Of a stretch of DNA of 64,000 nucleotides, positions 30,891-42,857 are shown piece by piece. Numbering within the stretch: the first letter of the stretch is position 1; every line of letters starts with the position of its first letter. The notes below the pieces were generated by a model. It did no database searches and was not told the DNA's origin. It saw only the letters and a list, made by a program, of their open reading frames with translations. The position numbers and the translations under genes are program-made. Source of the stretch: Escherichia coli (GTDB taxonomy: Bacteria > Pseudomonadota > Gammaproteobacteria > Enterobacterales > Enterobacteriaceae); the NCBI RefSeq assembly GCF_036507355.1, contig NZ_AP027877.1; one strand, 5' to 3'.

Positions 30891-32048
30891 ATGCACGTTA
30901 CAGCCAAGCCCTCCAGTTTTCAATGTAATCTCAAATGTGATTACTGTTTTTACCTTGAAAAAGAGTCGCAGTTTACTCATGAAAAATGGATGGATGACAG
31001 CACTCTGAAAGAGTTCATCAAACAATATATCGCAGCGTCTGGCAATCAGGTCTATTTTACCTGGCAAGGCGGTGAACCCACTCTGGCTGGCCTGGATTTT
31101 TTCCGTAAAGTTATTCACTATCAACAACGCTATGCAGGCCAAAAACGTATTTTTAATGCATTACAAACGAATGGCATTTTATTGAATAATGAATGGTGTG
31201 CCTTTCTCAAAGAACATGAGTTTCTGGTTGGTATCTCGATCGATGGACCCCAGGAGCTACATGACCGTTACAGACGCAGTAATTCAGGTAATGGTACTTT
31301 TGCAAAAGTGATAGCAGCCATCGAGCGTCTGAAATCATATCAAGTAGAGTTTAATACGTTAACCGTCATTAATAACGTTAATGTCCATTACCCTCTTGAG
31401 GTTTATCATTTTTTAAAATCTATCGGCAGTAAACATATGCAATTTATCGAATTGCTAGAAACCGGGACGCCGAATATTGATTTCAGTGGTCATAGTGAGA
31501 ACACATTCCGTATCATTGATTTTTCTGTGCCTCCCACGGCTTATGGCAATTTTATGTCAACCATTTTTATGCAATGGGTTAAAAACGATGTGGGTGAAGT
31601 TTTCATCCGTCAGTTTGAAAGCTTTGTCAGCCGTTTTTTGGGGAATGGGCATACCAGTTGTATTTTCCAGGAGTCCTGCAAGGATAATCTGGTTGTTGAA
31701 AGTAATGGAGACATTTACGAATGCGACCATTTTGTCTATCCACAGTACAAAATTGGAAACATTAATAAATCTGAACTCAAAACGATGAACAGTGTACAAC
31801 TGACAGCGCAAAAAAAACGGATTTCAGCGAAATGTCTGAAATGTGCATATAAACCTATCTGCAATGGCGGTTGTCCTAAGCATCGTATTACTAAAGTAAA
31901 CAATGAGACTGTTTCTTATTTTTGCGAAGGTTATAAAATCCTTTTTTCAACCATGGTACCTTATATGAACGCCATGGTAGAGTTAGCTAAGAACAGAGTA
32001 CCGCTTTACCACATTATGGATGTTGCAAAACAAATGGAGAATAATTAA
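30891..32048 (+). CDS. ydeM: radical-SAM anaerobic sulfatase-maturating enzyme homologue YdeM
   Basis: CxxxCxxC radical-SAM motif (CNLKCDYC) near the N-terminus, C-terminal Cys cluster; ATG at 30891 preferred over the upstream TTG. Confidence 0.85.
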   Translation: MHVTAKPSSFQCNLKCDYCFYLEKESQFTHEKWMDDSTLKEFIKQYIAASGNQVYFTWQGGEPTLAGLDFFRKVIHYQQRYAGQKRIFNALQTNGILLNNEWCAFLKEHEFLVGISIDGPQELHDRYRRSNSGNGTFAKVIAAIERLKSYQVEFNTLTVINNVNVHYPLEVYHFLKSIGSKHMQFIELLETGTPNIDFSGHSENTFRIIDFSVPPTAYGNFMSTIFMQWVKNDVGEVFIRQFESFVSRFLGNGHTSCIFQESCKDNLVVESNGDIYECDHFVYPQYKIGNINKSELKTMNSVQLTAQKKRISAKCLKCAYKPICNGGCPKHRITKVNNETVSYFCEGYKILFSTMVPYMNAMVELAKNRVPLYHIMDVAKQMENN

Positions 32049-32338
32049 TAACACGCCCTCTTAGCTCCAGTCTTAGCCTCCGTCTTATGACCTTAACAAA
32101 GCACCCGACATAAATTCCTGTCGGGTTTGTCGTCATCATCATCTTCCCTTGCGAAAATCCTGGCATACGTGGTATGCGTCAGGGCATTAGCAATACCCTT
32201 GATTATCAATAGCATAACCATAACCACTGAAAATTAAAAATTTCTATATATTTCATATTGTTAAATGATACTTAAATAAATTTCATCAGTAAATCATTGC
32301 CATAGATAATCATTGGATGGCACAATCAATTTTCGCTA

Positions 32339-34024
32339 ATGATAACCATTCCCATTACGTTTTGTATGTTGATAGCAAAGTATCTCTGTCTGCTGAAGCC
32401 CTTTTGGCTGCGTAAGAATAATAAAACTTCAGTGTTGTTAATCATTATTATCCTCGCCATGATCCTTGGCGTGGTTAAAATTCAGGTCTGGTTAAACGAC
32501 TGGAATAATGATTTTTTCAATGCGCTAAGCCAGAAAGAAACCGATAAGCTTTGGCAGCTTGTCCTTTGGTTCCCTGCCCTGCTGGGGATCTTTGTATTAA
32601 TATCCGTAAACAAAACATGGTTAATTAAACTGCTGACTATTCGCTGGCGCGAATGGTTAACAGATTACTACCTTAATCGCTGGTTTGCAGATAAAAACTA
32701 CTACTTCACGCAGATCTACGGCGAGCATAAAAATACAGATAACCCTGACCAACGTATCGCTGAAGACATTCTCTTACTGATCAGCAAAACGCTCAGTCTT
32801 TCATTTGGCTTCATCCAGTCACTTAGCATGCTGATCACCTTTACCGTTATTCTTTGGCAAAGCGCGGGTACGCTCTCATTCACTGTTGGTGGAACAGAAT
32901 GGAATATCCAGGGGTATATGGTCTATACCGTCGTGCTCATTGTGATCGGTGGAACTTTATTTACCCATAAGGTGGGTAAACGTATTCGTCCGCTTAATGT
33001 GGAAAAACAACGTAGCGAAGCGACATTTCGAACTAATCTTGTGCAGCATAATAAACAGGCAGAACTGATTGCGCTAAGCAATGCTGAGTCTCTACAACGC
33101 CAGGAGTTGAGCGACAATTTTCACACCATTAAAGAGAACTGGCATCGTTTAATGAATCGTCAGCGGTGGCTTGATTACTGGCAGAATATTTATTCGCGTT
33201 CGCTTAGCGTTCTTCCGTACTTTCTGTTATTGCCGCAGTTTATTAGCGGACAGATCAATCTGGGCGGACTTATGAAATCGCGCCAGGCATTTATGCTGGT
33301 ATCGAACAATTTAAGCTGGTTTATTTATAAATATGATGAAATTGCTGAACTGGCTGCGGTTATCGATCGCTTGTATGAGTTCCATCAACTCACCGAACAG
33401 CGCCCTACGAATAAGCCTAAAAATTGCCAACATGCGGTACAAGTGGCTGACGCGAGTATTCGTACCCCTGATAATAAGATCATATTAGAGAACCTGAACT
33501 TTCATGTTCCGCCAGGCAAATGGCTATTACTGAAAGGTTACTCTGGTGCGGGAAAAACCACACTGCTTAAAACATTATCCCACTGCTGGCCGTGGTTTAA
33601 AGGTGATATTTCTTCTCCTGCCGACAGTTGGTATGTGTCACAAACACCGTTAATCAAAACCGGCTTACTGAAAGAGATTATTTGTAAAGCACTTCCTCTG
33701 CCCGTAGACGATAAATCGTTGAGCGAAATACTGCATCAGGTTGGTCTGGGGAAATTGGCTGCGCGTATTCATGACCACGATCGCTGGGGAGATATTCTTT
33801 CCAGCGGCGAAAAACAACGTATCGCCCTGGCACGATTAATTTTACGACGTCCGAAATGGATATTTCTTGACGAAACTACCTCTCATCTTGAGGAACAAGA
33901 GGCTATCCGCTTACTGCGTTTAGTGCGTGAAAAACTACCCACAAGCGGCGTCATTATGGTTACACATCAACCCGGTGTCTGGAACCTGGCCGATGATATT
34001 TGTGACATTAGCGCGGTTTTATAA
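32339..34024 (+). CDS. yddA: fused ABC transporter permease/ATP-binding protein YddA (561 aa)
   Basis: N-terminal TM domain, C-terminal ABC ATPase (Walker A GYSGAGKTT, signature LSSGEKQR). Confidence 0.9.
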   Translation: MITIPITFCMLIAKYLCLLKPFWLRKNNKTSVLLIIIILAMILGVVKIQVWLNDWNNDFFNALSQKETDKLWQLVLWFPALLGIFVLISVNKTWLIKLLTIRWREWLTDYYLNRWFADKNYYFTQIYGEHKNTDNPDQRIAEDILLLISKTLSLSFGFIQSLSMLITFTVILWQSAGTLSFTVGGTEWNIQGYMVYTVVLIVIGGTLFTHKVGKRIRPLNVEKQRSEATFRTNLVQHNKQAELIALSNAESLQRQELSDNFHTIKENWHRLMNRQRWLDYWQNIYSRSLSVLPYFLLLPQFISGQINLGGLMKSRQAFMLVSNNLSWFIYKYDEIAELAAVIDRLYEFHQLTEQRPTNKPKNCQHAVQVADASIRTPDNKIILENLNFHVPPGKWLLLKGYSGAGKTTLLKTLSHCWPWFKGDISSPADSWYVSQTPLIKTGLLKEIICKALPLPVDDKSLSEILHQVGLGKLAARIHDHDRWGDILSSGEKQRIALARLILRRPKWIFLDETTSHLEEQEAIRLLRLVREKLPTSGVIMVTHQPGVWNLADDICDISAVL

Positions 34025-34061
34025 AAACAATAAAAGCCCTGCTGTACGGAGATATAAATAA

Positions 34062-36434
34062 ATGAAGCGAGTTCTTATTCCTGGCGTCATTTTATGTGGC
34101 GCTGATGTGGCGCAGGCCGTCGATGACAAAAACATGTACATGCATTTTTTTGAAGAGATGACGGTCTATGCTCCTGTCCCTGTACCCGTAAACGGCAACA
34201 CGCATTACACCAGTGAAAGCATCGAGCGTTTACCGACCGGGAATGGCAATATCAGCGATCTGCTGAGAACCAACCCTGCGGTACGCATGGATTCAACGCA
34301 AAGTACCTCGTTGAACCAGGGAGATATTCGCCCGGAGAAAATCTCTATTCACGGTGCGTCGCCCTACCAGAATGCCTATTTGATTGATGGTATTAGTGCC
34401 ACTAATAACCTGAACCCAGCGAATGAGTCCGATGCCAGTAGTGCAACCAATATTAGCGGGATGTCACAGGGGTATTATCTTGATGTCAGCTTACTGGACA
34501 ATGTGACGCTTTATGACAGTTTTGTGCCGGTTGAATTCGGTCGCTTCAATGGCGGGGTAATTGATGCAAAGATCAAACGCTTCAACGCTGATGATAGCAG
34601 CGTGAAACTGGGTTATCGCACTACGCGTTCGGACTGGTTAACATCGCATATCGATGAGAATAACAAGAGCGCATTTAATCAAGGTTCTTCAGGAAGTACT
34701 TATTACTCTCCAGATTTTAAAAAGAACTTTTATACCTTGTCGTTTAATCAGGAACTCGCTGATAACTTTGGCGTTACCGCCGGTTTATCGCGCCGCCAGT
34801 CTGATATCACCCGTGCGGATTATGTTTCGAATGACGGCATTGTCGCCGGTCGGGCACAGTATAAAAACGTTATCGATACTGCATTGAGCAAATTTACCTG
34901 GTTTGCCAGCGACCGCTTTACCCACGATTTAACCTTAAAATATACCGGCTCCAGCCGTGATTATAATACCAGCACCTTCCCGCAGTCTGATCGCGAAATG
35001 GGTAATAAATCCTATGGTCTGGCATGGGATATGGATACGCAGCTCGCATGGGCCAAACTACGTACCACCGTTGGTTGGGATCATATTAGTGATTATACCC
35101 GTCACGATCATGACATCTGGTACACCGAACTTTCATGTACATATGGTGATATTACAGGGCGTTGCACCCGTGGCGGATTAGGACACATTTCCCAGGCTGT
35201 AGATAATTACACCTTCAAAACACGCCTGGACTGGCAAAAATTCGCCGTGGGTAATGTTTCGCATCAACCCTACTTCGGCGCGGAATACATCTATTCCGAT
35301 GCATGGACTGAACGCCATAACCAGTCTGAATCCTATGTGATTAATGCTGCCGGAAAGAAAACTAACCATACCATTTACCATAAAGGTAAAGGCAGCCTGG
35401 GAATTGACAACTACACACTGTATATGGCGGATCGCATTAGCTGGCGTAATGTGTCATTAATGCCCGGCGTGCGGTATGACTATGACAACTATCTGTCAAA
35501 CCACAATATCTCCCCGCGCTTTATGACGGAATGGGATATTTTTGCTGATCAAACCTCAATGATTACCGCAGGTTATAACCGTTACTATGGTGGGAATATT
35601 CTTGATATGGGATTACGTGATATCCGCAATAGCTGGACGGAATCGGTATCAGGCAATAAAACCCTGACGCGTTATCAGGATTTGAAAACGCCTTATAACG
35701 ATGAACTGGCAATGGGATTGCAGCAAAAAATCGGTAAGAACGTTATTGCGCGCGCAAACTATGTTTACCGTGAAGCGCATGATCAAATCAGCAAAAGCAG
35801 TCGTACCGACAGCGCGACTAAAACCACCATTACTGAATATAACAACGATGGCAAAACCAAAACGCATTCGTTCAACCTCAGTTTTGAGCTGGCCGAACCC
35901 CTGCATATCCGCCAGGTAGATATTAACCCACAAATTGTCTTTAGCTATATCAAGAGCAAGGGCAACTTGTCGTTAAACAATGGTTATGAGGAGAGCAATA
36001 CCGGTGATAATCAGGTGGTTTATAACGGTAATCTTGTCTCTTACGATAGCGTTCCAGTGGCAGATTTTAATAACCCATTAAAGATCTCCTTAAACATGGA
36101 TTTCACGCATCAACCGAGCGGGTTGGTGTGGGCGAATACGCTGGCCTGGCAAGAAGCGCGTAAAGCTCGCATTATCCTTGGTAAGACAAATGCGCAATAC
36201 ATCAGCGAATATTCAGATTACAAGCAGTATGTTGACGAAAAACTGGATAGCAGCCTGACCTGGGACACCCGCTTGTCCTGGACGCCACAATTTCTGAAAC
36301 AACAAAACCTGACGATCAGTGCCGATATTCTCAATGTACTGGATAGCAAAACCGCTGTTGATACAACGAATACCGGTGTGGCGACCTACGCCAGTGGCCG
36401 TACTTTCTGGCTTGATGTCAGCATGAAATTTTAA
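34062..36434 (+). CDS. yddB: TonB-dependent-receptor-like outer-membrane protein YddB (790 aa)
   Basis: 790-aa beta-rich ORF with a C-terminal aromatic residue (..WLDVSMKF). Confidence 0.85.
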   Translation: MKRVLIPGVILCGADVAQAVDDKNMYMHFFEEMTVYAPVPVPVNGNTHYTSESIERLPTGNGNISDLLRTNPAVRMDSTQSTSLNQGDIRPEKISIHGASPYQNAYLIDGISATNNLNPANESDASSATNISGMSQGYYLDVSLLDNVTLYDSFVPVEFGRFNGGVIDAKIKRFNADDSSVKLGYRTTRSDWLTSHIDENNKSAFNQGSSGSTYYSPDFKKNFYTLSFNQELADNFGVTAGLSRRQSDITRADYVSNDGIVAGRAQYKNVIDTALSKFTWFASDRFTHDLTLKYTGSSRDYNTSTFPQSDREMGNKSYGLAWDMDTQLAWAKLRTTVGWDHISDYTRHDHDIWYTELSCTYGDITGRCTRGGLGHISQAVDNYTFKTRLDWQKFAVGNVSHQPYFGAEYIYSDAWTERHNQSESYVINAAGKKTNHTIYHKGKGSLGIDNYTLYMADRISWRNVSLMPGVRYDYDNYLSNHNISPRFMTEWDIFADQTSMITAGYNRYYGGNILDMGLRDIRNSWTESVSGNKTLTRYQDLKTPYNDELAMGLQQKIGKNVIARANYVYREAHDQISKSSRTDSATKTTITEYNNDGKTKTHSFNLSFELAEPLHIRQVDINPQIVFSYIKSKGNLSLNNGYEESNTGDNQVVYNGNLVSYDSVPVADFNNPLKISLNMDFTHQPSGLVWANTLAWQEARKARIILGKTNAQYISEYSDYKQYVDEKLDSSLTWDTRLSWTPQFLKQQNLTISADILNVLDSKTAVDTTNTGVATYASGRTFWLDVSMKF

Positions 36435-36478
36435 TAGTTCGGATTTTACTTAACCGGGTAAATTCGGCCGGTTTTCGC

Positions 36479-39274
36479 ATGGAGATAATTATGAGAAACC
36501 TCTGTTTCTTACTGACGTTAGTGGCAACTCTGTTGCTCCCCGGGCGGCTGATTGCCGCCGCCTTACCGCAGGATGAAAAGTTAATTACCGGGCAACTGGA
36601 CAATGGCTTGCGATATATGATTTATCCGCATGCTCATCCAAAGGATCAGGTAAATTTATGGCTGCAAATTCATACCGGTTCATTGCAGGAAGAAGACAAT
36701 GAGCGCGGCGTGGCTCATTTTGTAGAACATATGATGTTTAACGGCACAAAAACATGGCCGGGTAATAAAGTCATCGAAACATTTGAGTCAATGGGCCTGC
36801 GTTTTGGTCACGATGTTAATGCCTATACCAGCTATGACGAAACGGTGTATCAGGTGAGTTTGCCGACTACGCAGAAACAAAATCTGCAACAAGTGATGGC
36901 AATCTTCAGTGAATGGAGTAATGCCGCAACCTTTGAAAAACTCGAAGTAGACGCTGAACGCGGCGTAATTACTGAGGAATGGCGTGCCCATCAGGATGCG
37001 AAATGGCGCACCTCTCAGGCGCGCCGCCCTTTCCTGCTGGCAAATACCCGTAATTTAGACCGTGAACCTATCGGCCTGATGGATACTGTCGCCACGGTCA
37101 CACCGGCACAATTGCGCCAATTTTATCAACGCTGGTATCAACCAAATAATATGACCTTTATCGTGGTTGGCGATATCGACAGTAAAGAAGCGCTGGCGCT
37201 GATAAAGGATAATTTAAGTAAGCTTCCAGCTAACAAAGCAGCTGAAAATCGCGTCTGGCCGACAAAAGCCGAAAATCACCTGCGCTTTAATATCATTAAT
37301 GATAAAGAAAACCGGGTGAACGGCATCGCACTCTATTATCGCCTGCCAATGGTACAAGTGAACGATGAGCAAAGCTTTATCGAACAAGCTGAATGGAGCA
37401 TGTTAGTTCAGCTGTTCAATCAACGTCTGCAGGAACGCATACAGTCGGGCGAGTTGAAGACTATTTCTGGCGGCACTGCGCGCAGCGTTAAAATTGCACC
37501 CGATTATCAGTCGCTGTTTTTCCGTGTAAATGCACGAGACGATAATATGCAGGATGCTGCGAATGCATTAATGGCAGAGTTGGCAGCCATTGATCAGCAT
37601 GGTTTTTCTGCTGAAGAACTCGATGATGTCAAATCTACCCGCCTCACCTGGCTGAAAAATGCGGTTGATCAGCAAGCTGAACGTGATTTACGTATGCTGA
37701 CCAGTCGCCTGGCATCAAGCTCATTAAATAATACGCCGTTCTTGTCGCCGGAAGAGACATATCAACTTTCGAAACGTCTGTGGCAGCAAATTACCGTGCA
37801 AAGTCTGGCGGAAAAATGGCAGCAGTTAAGAAAGAACCAGGACGCATTTTGGGAGCAAATGGTAAACAATGAGCTTGCCGCCAAAAAAGCATTGTCTCCT
37901 GCGGCTATCCTGGCGCTGGAAAAAGAGTACGCCAACAAAAAGCTGGCGGCTTACATCTTCCCAGGCAGAAATTTATCGTTAACAGTAGACGCTGACCCAC
38001 AGGCGGAAATTAGCAGCAAAGAAACGCTGGCTGAGAATCTGACATCATTAACACTTTCCAATGGTGCCAAGGTTATTCTGGCAAAATCCGCGGGTGAAGA
38101 GCAAAAGCTACAAATTATTGCCGTATCGAATAAAGGCGATTTAAGTTTCCCTGCGCAGCAAAAATCACTTATCGCGCTGGCAAATAAAGCAGTTAGCGGA
38201 AGCGGCGTTGGCGAACTCTCCTCTTCCAGCCTGAAACGCTGGAGTGCGGAAAATTCGGTAACCATGAGCAGTAAAGTCAGTGGCATGAATACGTTGCTCT
38301 CCGTTAGCGCGCGGACTAATAACCCTGAACCTGGTTTTCAGTTGATTAACCAGCGAATCACCCACAGCACGATTAACGACAATATTTGGGCATCGCTACA
38401 AAATGCTCAAATTCAGGCGTTGAAAACGCTCGACCAGCGTCCAGCGGAGAAATTCGCCCAGCAGATGTATGAGACGCGCTATGCTGATGACCGCACGAAA
38501 TTACTGCAAGAAAATCAGATTGCACAGTTTACTGCCGCAGATGCGCTGGCTGCCGATCGCCAGTTGTTTTCATCTCCAGCGGATATCACGTTTGTCATTG
38601 TCGGTAATGTCGCAGAAGACAAACTCGTGGCGTTAATTACGCGTTACTTAGGCTCAATCAAACACTCTGATTCGCCATTAGCCGCAGGTAAACCATTAAC
38701 TCGCGCGACGGACAACGCATCGGTTACTGTAAAAGAACAAAATGAACCTGTGGCACAGGTTTCACAGTGGAAGCGTTATGATTCCCGGACACCTGTTAAT
38801 CTGGCGACGCGTATGGCGCTCGATGCTTTTAACGTCGCACTGGCAAAAGATCTACGCGTTAATATTCGTGAACAGGCATCTGGGGCATACAGCGTTTCTT
38901 CTCGCCTCTCGGTTGATCCTCAGGCTAAAGATATCAGTCATTTGCTGGCTTTTACTTGTCAACCAGAACGACATGATGAACTGTTAACGTTAGCGAATGA
39001 AGTGATGGTTAAGCGTCTGGCTAAAGGGATCAGTGAGCAAGAACTGAATGAATACCAGCAAAACGTTCAGCGCAGCCTCGATATCCAACAGCGTAGCGTT
39101 CAACAATTAGCGAACACTATTGTAAATAGTCTTATTCAATATGACGATCCTGCAGCATGGACTGAGCAGGAGCAATTGCTGAAACAAATGACGGTAGAGA
39201 ATGTTAACACTGCCGTTAAACAATATCTTTCTCATCCGGTAAATACTTATACCGGAGTATTATTGCCAAAATAA
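36479..39274 (+). CDS. pqqL: periplasmic M16-family zinc peptidase PqqL (931 aa)
   Basis: Signal peptide, inverzincin HxxEH motif (HFVEH); length matches PqqL. Confidence 0.9.
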   Translation: MEIIMRNLCFLLTLVATLLLPGRLIAAALPQDEKLITGQLDNGLRYMIYPHAHPKDQVNLWLQIHTGSLQEEDNERGVAHFVEHMMFNGTKTWPGNKVIETFESMGLRFGHDVNAYTSYDETVYQVSLPTTQKQNLQQVMAIFSEWSNAATFEKLEVDAERGVITEEWRAHQDAKWRTSQARRPFLLANTRNLDREPIGLMDTVATVTPAQLRQFYQRWYQPNNMTFIVVGDIDSKEALALIKDNLSKLPANKAAENRVWPTKAENHLRFNIINDKENRVNGIALYYRLPMVQVNDEQSFIEQAEWSMLVQLFNQRLQERIQSGELKTISGGTARSVKIAPDYQSLFFRVNARDDNMQDAANALMAELAAIDQHGFSAEELDDVKSTRLTWLKNAVDQQAERDLRMLTSRLASSSLNNTPFLSPEETYQLSKRLWQQITVQSLAEKWQQLRKNQDAFWEQMVNNELAAKKALSPAAILALEKEYANKKLAAYIFPGRNLSLTVDADPQAEISSKETLAENLTSLTLSNGAKVILAKSAGEEQKLQIIAVSNKGDLSFPAQQKSLIALANKAVSGSGVGELSSSSLKRWSAENSVTMSSKVSGMNTLLSVSARTNNPEPGFQLINQRITHSTINDNIWASLQNAQIQALKTLDQRPAEKFAQQMYETRYADDRTKLLQENQIAQFTAADALAADRQLFSSPADITFVIVGNVAEDKLVALITRYLGSIKHSDSPLAAGKPLTRATDNASVTVKEQNEPVAQVSQWKRYDSRTPVNLATRMALDAFNVALAKDLRVNIREQASGAYSVSSRLSVDPQAKDISHLLAFTCQPERHDELLTLANEVMVKRLAKGISEQELNEYQQNVQRSLDIQQRSVQQLANTIVNSLIQYDDPAAWTEQEQLLKQMTVENVNTAVKQYLSHPVNTYTGVLLPK

Positions 39275-39280
39275 TAACAG

Positions 39281-39310
39281 CCCCGTCAACACATCGTTGG
39301 CGGGGATTTT
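39281..39310 (+). terminator. rho-independent terminator after pqqL
   Basis: CCCCGTCAAC-acatc-GTTGGCGGGG (10-bp stem with one G-U) followed by ATTTTA. Confidence 0.6.
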
Positions 39311-39536
39311 AGCAATATTCGCTATTTTTATGTAATAATTTTATAAATGCGTTCAAAATAATAACCAAGTACTAATAGTGATATTTTAAGGTCTGATTTT
39401 TACGTGATAATTCAGGAGGCGCAGAAAGCGCATAAAAATAACAACATAAAACACCTTGCCACCACCCAAGAATTCTCTATTGCATTGTTTTTTAATGGAA
39501 AAATATTATTCCAACAACATCTCACGATAAATAACA

Positions 39537-39556
39537 TTAGGATTTTGTTATTTAAA
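39537..39556 (+). promoter_or_regulatory. GAD box (GadE/RcsB site) in the gadB promoter
   Basis: TTAGGATTTTGTTATTTAAA, ~80 bp upstream of the gadB start. Confidence 0.65.
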
Positions 39557-39635
39557 CCAGAGTCCTTTGCACTTGCTTACTTTATCGATAAATCCTACTT
39601 TTTTAATGCGATCCAATCATTTTAAGGAGTTTAAA

Positions 39636-41036
39636 ATGGATAAGAAGCAAGTAACGGATTTAAGGTCGGAACTACTCGATTCACGTTTTGGTGCGAAGTC
39701 TATTTCCACTATCGCAGAATCAAAACGTTTTCCGCTGCACGAAATGCGCGACGATGTCGCATTTCAGATTATCAATGATGAATTATATCTTGATGGCAAC
39801 GCTCGTCAGAACTTGGCCACTTTCTGCCAGACCTGGGACGACGAAAACGTCCACAAGTTGATGGATTTATCCATTAACAAAAACTGGATCGACAAAGAAG
39901 AATATCCGCAATCTGCAGCCATCGACCTGCGTTGCGTAAATATGGTTGCCGATCTGTGGCATGCGCCTGCGCCGAAAAATGGTCAGGCCGTTGGCACCAA
40001 CACCATTGGTTCTTCCGAGGCCTGTATGCTCGGCGGGATGGCGATGAAATGGCGTTGGCGCAAGCGTATGGAAGCTGCAGGCAAACCAACGAATAAACCA
40101 AACCTGGTGTGCGGTCCGGTGCAAATCTGCTGGCATAAATTCGCCCGCTACTGGGATGTGGAGCTGCGTGAGATCCCTATGCGCTCCGGTCAGTTGTTTA
40201 TGGATCCGAAACGCATGATTGAAGCCTGCGACGAAAATACCATCGGCGTGGTGCCGACTTTCGGCGTGACCTACACCGGTAACTATGAGTTCCCGCAACC
40301 GCTGCACGATGCGCTGGATAAATTCCAGGCCGACACCGGTATCGACATCGACATGCACATCGACGCCGCCAGCGGTGGCTTCCTGGCACCGTTCGTCGCC
40401 CCGGATATCGTCTGGGACTTCCGCCTGCCGCGTGTGAAATCGATCAGTGCTTCAGGCCATAAATTCGGTCTGGCTCCGCTGGGCTGCGGCTGGGTTATCT
40501 GGCGTGATGAAGAAGCGCTGCCGCAGGAACTGGTGTTCAACGTTGACTACCTCGGTGGTCAGATTGGTACTTTCGCCATCAACTTCTCCCGCCCGGCGGG
40601 TCAGGTAATTGCACAGTACTATGAATTCCTGCGCCTCGGTCGTGAAGGCTATACCAAAGTACAGAACGCCTCTTACCAGGTTGCCGCTTATCTGGCGGAT
40701 GAAATCGCCAAACTGGGGCCGTATGAGTTCATCTGTACCGGTCGCCCGGACGAAGGCATTCCGGCGGTTTGCTTCAAACTCAAAGATGGTGAAGATCCGG
40801 GATACACCCTGTATGACCTCTCTGAACGTCTGCGTCTGCGCGGCTGGCAGGTTCCGGCCTTCACTCTCGGCGGTGAAGCCACCGACATCGTGGTGATGCG
40901 CATTATGTGTCGTCGCGGCTTCGAAATGGACTTTGCTGAACTGTTGCTGGAAGACTACAAAGCCTCCCTGAAATATCTCAGCGATCACCCGAAACTGCAG
41001 GGTATTGCCCAACAGAACAGCTTTAAACATACCTGA
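39636..41036 (+). CDS. gadB: glutamate decarboxylase beta (466 aa)
   Basis: [37 protein letters not shown]...; PLP-lysine region [10 protein letters not shown]; followed by gadC. Confidence 0.95.
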   Translation: MDKKQVTDLRSELLDSRFGAKSISTIAESKRFPLHEMRDDVAFQIINDELYLDGNARQNLATFCQTWDDENVHKLMDLSINKNWIDKEEYPQSAAIDLRCVNMVADLWHAPAPKNGQAVGTNTIGSSEACMLGGMAMKWRWRKRMEAAGKPTNKPNLVCGPVQICWHKFARYWDVELREIPMRSGQLFMDPKRMIEACDENTIGVVPTFGVTYTGNYEFPQPLHDALDKFQADTGIDIDMHIDAASGGFLAPFVAPDIVWDFRLPRVKSISASGHKFGLAPLGCGWVIWRDEEALPQELVFNVDYLGGQIGTFAINFSRPAGQVIAQYYEFLRLGREGYTKVQNASYQVAAYLADEIAKLGPYEFICTGRPDEGIPAVCFKLKDGEDPGYTLYDLSERLRLRGWQVPAFTLGGEATDIVVMRIMCRRGFEMDFAELLLEDYKASLKYLSDHPKLQGIAQQNSFKHT

Positions 41037-41191
41037 TAACGTTTAACGGTAACGGTGTCCCGAAACGAACCCGTTTCGGGACAATTTCCAAAGTCTGTTC
41101 ACTGGCATTAGCAACGGAAAATATTGTTCTGAATACGCTTCAGAACAAAACAGGTGCGGTTCCGACAGGAATACCGTTTTAGGGGGATAAT

Positions 41192-42727
41192 ATGGCTACA
41201 TCAGTACAGACAGGTAAAGCTAAGCAGCTCACATTACTCGGCTTTTTTGCCATAACGGCATCGATGGTAATGGCTGTTTATGAATACCCTACCTTCGCAA
41301 CATCGGGCTTTTCATTAGTCTTCTTCCTGCTATTAGGCGGGATTTTATGGTTTATTCCCGTGGGACTTTGTGCTGCGGAAATGGCCACCGTCGACGGCTG
41401 GGAAGAAGGTGGTGTCTTCACCTGGGTATCAAATACTCTGGGACCGAGATGGGGATTTGCAGCGATCTCATTTGGCTATCTGCAAATCGCCATTGGTTTT
41501 ATTCCGATGCTCTATTTCGTGTTAGGGGCACTCTCCTACATCCTGAAATGGCCAGCGCTGAATGAAGACCCCATTACCAAAACTATTGCAGCACTCATCA
41601 TTCTTTGGGCGCTGGCATTAACGCAGTTTGGTGGCACGAAATACACGGCGCGAATTGCTAAAGTTGGCTTCTTCGCCGGTATCCTGTTACCTGCATTTAT
41701 TTTGATCGCATTAGCGGCTATTTATCTGCACTCCGGTGCCCCCGTTGCTATCGAAATGGATTCGAAGACCTTCTTCCCTGACTTCTCTAAAGTGGGCACC
41801 CTGGTTGTATTTGTTGCCTTCATTTTGAGTTATATGGGCGTAGAAGCTTCCGCAACTCACGTCAATGAAATGAGCAACCCCGGGCGCGACTATCCACTGG
41901 CTATGTTACTGCTGATGGTGGCGGCAATCTGCTTAAGCTCTGTTGGCGGTTTGTCTATTGCGATGGTCATTCCGGGTAATGAAATCAACCTCTCCGCAGG
42001 GGTAATGCAAACCTTTACCGTTCTGATGTCCCATGTGGCACCGGAAATTGAGTGGACGGTTCGCGTGATCTCCGCACTGCTGTTGCTGGGTGTTCTGGCG
42101 GAAATCGCCTCCTGGATTGTTGGTCCTTCTCGCGGGATGTATGTCACAGCGCAGAAAAACCTGCTGCCAGCGGCATTCGCTAAAATGAACAAAAATGGCG
42201 TACCGGTAACGCTGGTCATTTCGCAGCTGGTGATTACTTCTATCGCGTTGATCATCCTCACCAATACCGGTGGCGGTAACAACATGTCCTTCCTGATCGC
42301 ACTGGCGCTGACGGTGGTGATTTATCTGTGTGCTTATTTCATGCTGTTTATTGGCTACATTGTGTTGGTTCTTAAACATCCTGACTTAAAACGCACATTT
42401 AATATCCCTGGTGGTAAAGGGGTGAAACTGGTCGTGGCTATTGTCGGTCTGCTGACTTCAATTATGGCGTTTATTGTTTCCTTCCTGCCGCCGGATAATA
42501 TCCAGGGTGACTCTACCGATATGTATGTTGAATTACTGGTCGTTAGTTTCCTGGTGGTACTTGCCCTGCCCTTTATTCTCTATGCTGTTCATGATCGTAA
42601 AGGCAAAGCGAATACCGGCGTCACTCTGGAGCCAATCAACAGTAAGAACGCACCAAAAGGTCACTTCTTCCTGCACCCGCGTGCACGTTCACCACACTAT
42701 ATTGTGATGAATGACAAGAAACACTAA
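41192..42727 (+). CDS. gadC: glutamate/GABA antiporter GadC (511 aa)
   Basis: 511-aa APC-family transporter immediately downstream of gadB. Confidence 0.95.
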   Translation: MATSVQTGKAKQLTLLGFFAITASMVMAVYEYPTFATSGFSLVFFLLLGGILWFIPVGLCAAEMATVDGWEEGGVFTWVSNTLGPRWGFAAISFGYLQIAIGFIPMLYFVLGALSYILKWPALNEDPITKTIAALIILWALALTQFGGTKYTARIAKVGFFAGILLPAFILIALAAIYLHSGAPVAIEMDSKTFFPDFSKVGTLVVFVAFILSYMGVEASATHVNEMSNPGRDYPLAMLLLMVAAICLSSVGGLSIAMVIPGNEINLSAGVMQTFTVLMSHVAPEIEWTVRVISALLLLGVLAEIASWIVGPSRGMYVTAQKNLLPAAFAKMNKNGVPVTLVISQLVITSIALIILTNTGGGNNMSFLIALALTVVIYLCAYFMLFIGYIVLVLKHPDLKRTFNIPGGKGVKLVVAIVGLLTSIMAFIVSFLPPDNIQGDSTDMYVELLVVSFLVVLALPFILYAVHDRKGKANTGVTLEPINSKNAPKGHFFLHPRARSPHYIVMNDKKH

Positions 42728-42752
42728 CTATGTCTGAATGGTTATAAGATAA

Positions 42753-42781
42753 GGGAGCGATAATTCATCGCTCCCTTTTTC
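42753..42781 (+). terminator. rho-independent terminator of gadBC
   Basis: GGGAGCGA-taattca-TCGCTCCC followed by TTTTT. Confidence 0.75.
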
Positions 42782-42857
42782 GTGCTTGCTGTCGTATTGA
42801 CTTAATCGGGATAAGTACGAGAATGAGCGCACATCTGTTTACCGGAAACCAGCACAT

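Noticed and set aside
39404-39625. 73-aa ORF immediately upstream of gadB
   Set aside because: Lies in the AT-rich gadB promoter and overlaps the GAD box; better explained as regulatory DNA.
39867-41030. Minus-strand ORFs of 163 and 192 aa inside gadB
   Set aside because: Antisense to a highly conserved, well-supported gene; no independent coding support.
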